From assembly GCA_002633005.1 (NCBI GenBank), contig NMRA01000511.1, positions 249,155-313,154 on the forward strand: a stretch of 64,000 nucleotides of DNA. Direction: 5' to 3'. Below are positions 62,472-64,000 of this stretch, in pieces (position 1 is the stretch's first letter; the number at the start of each line of letters is the position of its first letter). The position numbers were made by a program, and so were the translations under genes. Source of the stretch: Phoronis australis. Its lineage: Eukaryota; Animalia; Phoronida. A model generated the notes under the pieces. It ran no database searches, was not told where the DNA came from, and worked only from the letters and a program-made list of their open reading frames with translations.

Positions 62472-64000
62472 GTGAGTCCAAGCCCAAGGTCTTGTCCCGA
62501 TCACGTCTCTCTGTCACTGCTCGTGACATCAGACACGTAACTGTCTGTACAGTAGCCTACTGTCACCAACTGATTCGTCCGAATCCGTTCGGTGGCATGT
62601 TGGATGGGTGAAGGTTGCTTTTGAACCATCATTGTTCAGACCTAATCATGGTCATCCATGTTACTCTCTGTAACTCGGGGATAATCGGGATTTATTTTTT
62701 GTACATTCCTGCACTCCTGCAGTATCAGAAGGGATTCATTGCTCAGTAGGCCTACCTAGTAATTCATGGCTTGCTTCTCTCACTCTAAGACAGCAGAGCC
62801 AGAAAGAGGCAGCCCTCCTTGTGACAGTCAGTTGAACTGTATCAGACAGCGGATCACGACCAGAGCCGGTGATCTGATGGTGCACTTATTGTGTTTGAAT
62901 TTGAAATTACCCTTTATCCCAGATTGTCTATGTATGAACTTGGTTAAGTTCACTAAATTAATCACACTCACATTCATAAAAGATTGCCTTACACTGCAGC
63001 AAATGACATGGTATTAAAATAATTAAAAATCTAACCAATCTTGCTTTTTTCAGTTGTTGTCAATGTTATTCACCGTACAATCATTCGCACCTCTGATTGT
63101 GAGATCTAAGTTCTGCATGGGTGCACCCAGGGAGGGGGGCTCAGGGGCTCGAATGAGGCATCCCCGCCCCTATTTGTTGAAGTGGGCATAAATGTCTGCC
63201 TCAGAGAAATAAATAGTGTGAGAAAACTAGACAAAAGACCACTAAAGCGGCAAGAATTCAGTGCAAATGCACAATTCATAGCTCTAAACGTAGTACCCCT
63301 TTCTTATTTTGTAGTACCCGTTTTTTTTTCTTTATAAGTCCCCGATTTTGTTTTTCAGTAATAAGGTCCATACTCCCAAAAATTCAAGACTCTCCCCCAG
63401 CAATATTTCAGGCTGGGTTTGTGCATGTTGTGGTATAGGAAAAAACAGGTTATTGTGGGGCAAATTATTGCAAAAATTCTTTATCATGTGCAGCTTGTTT
63501 CTCATGATTGCTTAAATGAACATACATTAGATGAATATAGCAAATTTGAAAACCAACCCAGTGGATTTAGATGCTCTGGTTTCTTTGGTCTTGGGCAGAT
63601 TTTAGTTTTACCCAGTTTTCTGTTGTGAAAGTGGAGACAGCATCTTGCTGGGTTTGGTTGACTCACATTACAAAACAACCTTGTCTGTTGGGTGAATTTG
63701 TCTTTGTTGTGAACAAATATCCACAGTTCACTTTTAAAGCATCAAAATTGACCCGGAAAAAGTTACAACTAGTGCCATCTTTAAATCCAAGTCCTCCACA
63801 GCATACTGTCCAAACACACCTGGCTTTCGCAAACAAAAGCTCATGATTCTGCTACCAGTGTAATTGTTATGACCAGAGTTGAATCTTGAGATCGGCATTA
63901 CGTAACCTGTATTATGGTGACTCCTGTTTAGTGCACACTTTGAGTTTCAATATTTTGCCTGATGACAATTCCAGTTTGACGTGATGTGTTCTTGTGATCA

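Overview
AT-rich, intron-containing animal (probably marine invertebrate) genomic DNA with a 153-N gap; it is not prokaryotic. Most of the window is one + strand gene that I reconstructed by hand from 27 GT-AG exons (1344-48405). All exon phases chain into one open frame of 4243 nt (1414 codons plus 1 nt). The product has a signal peptide, then YWTD beta-propeller/EGF x3, a 4th propeller, two 6-Cys sushi/CCP domains and a Ser/Thr/Pro linker. This is an LRP5/6-like ectodomain with no LDLa repeats and no transmembrane exon that I could find. Exon 1 of LMF1 starts at 62306. The introns and the 48.4-61.3 kb interval hold many transposons: an Academ element nested in a Helentron-associated (HINE-like) repeat whose empty site is visible in a second copy, a decayed Mag-clade Gypsy element, two Kolobok elements (THAP transposase plus KolX/P2X7-ballast-like ORF), an unclassified ~5 kb element with perfect 29-bp TIRs and unrecognised decayed ORFs, plus MITEs, SINE fragments, minisatellites and microsatellites. 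All calls come from manual reading and motif recognition; no database searches were run.
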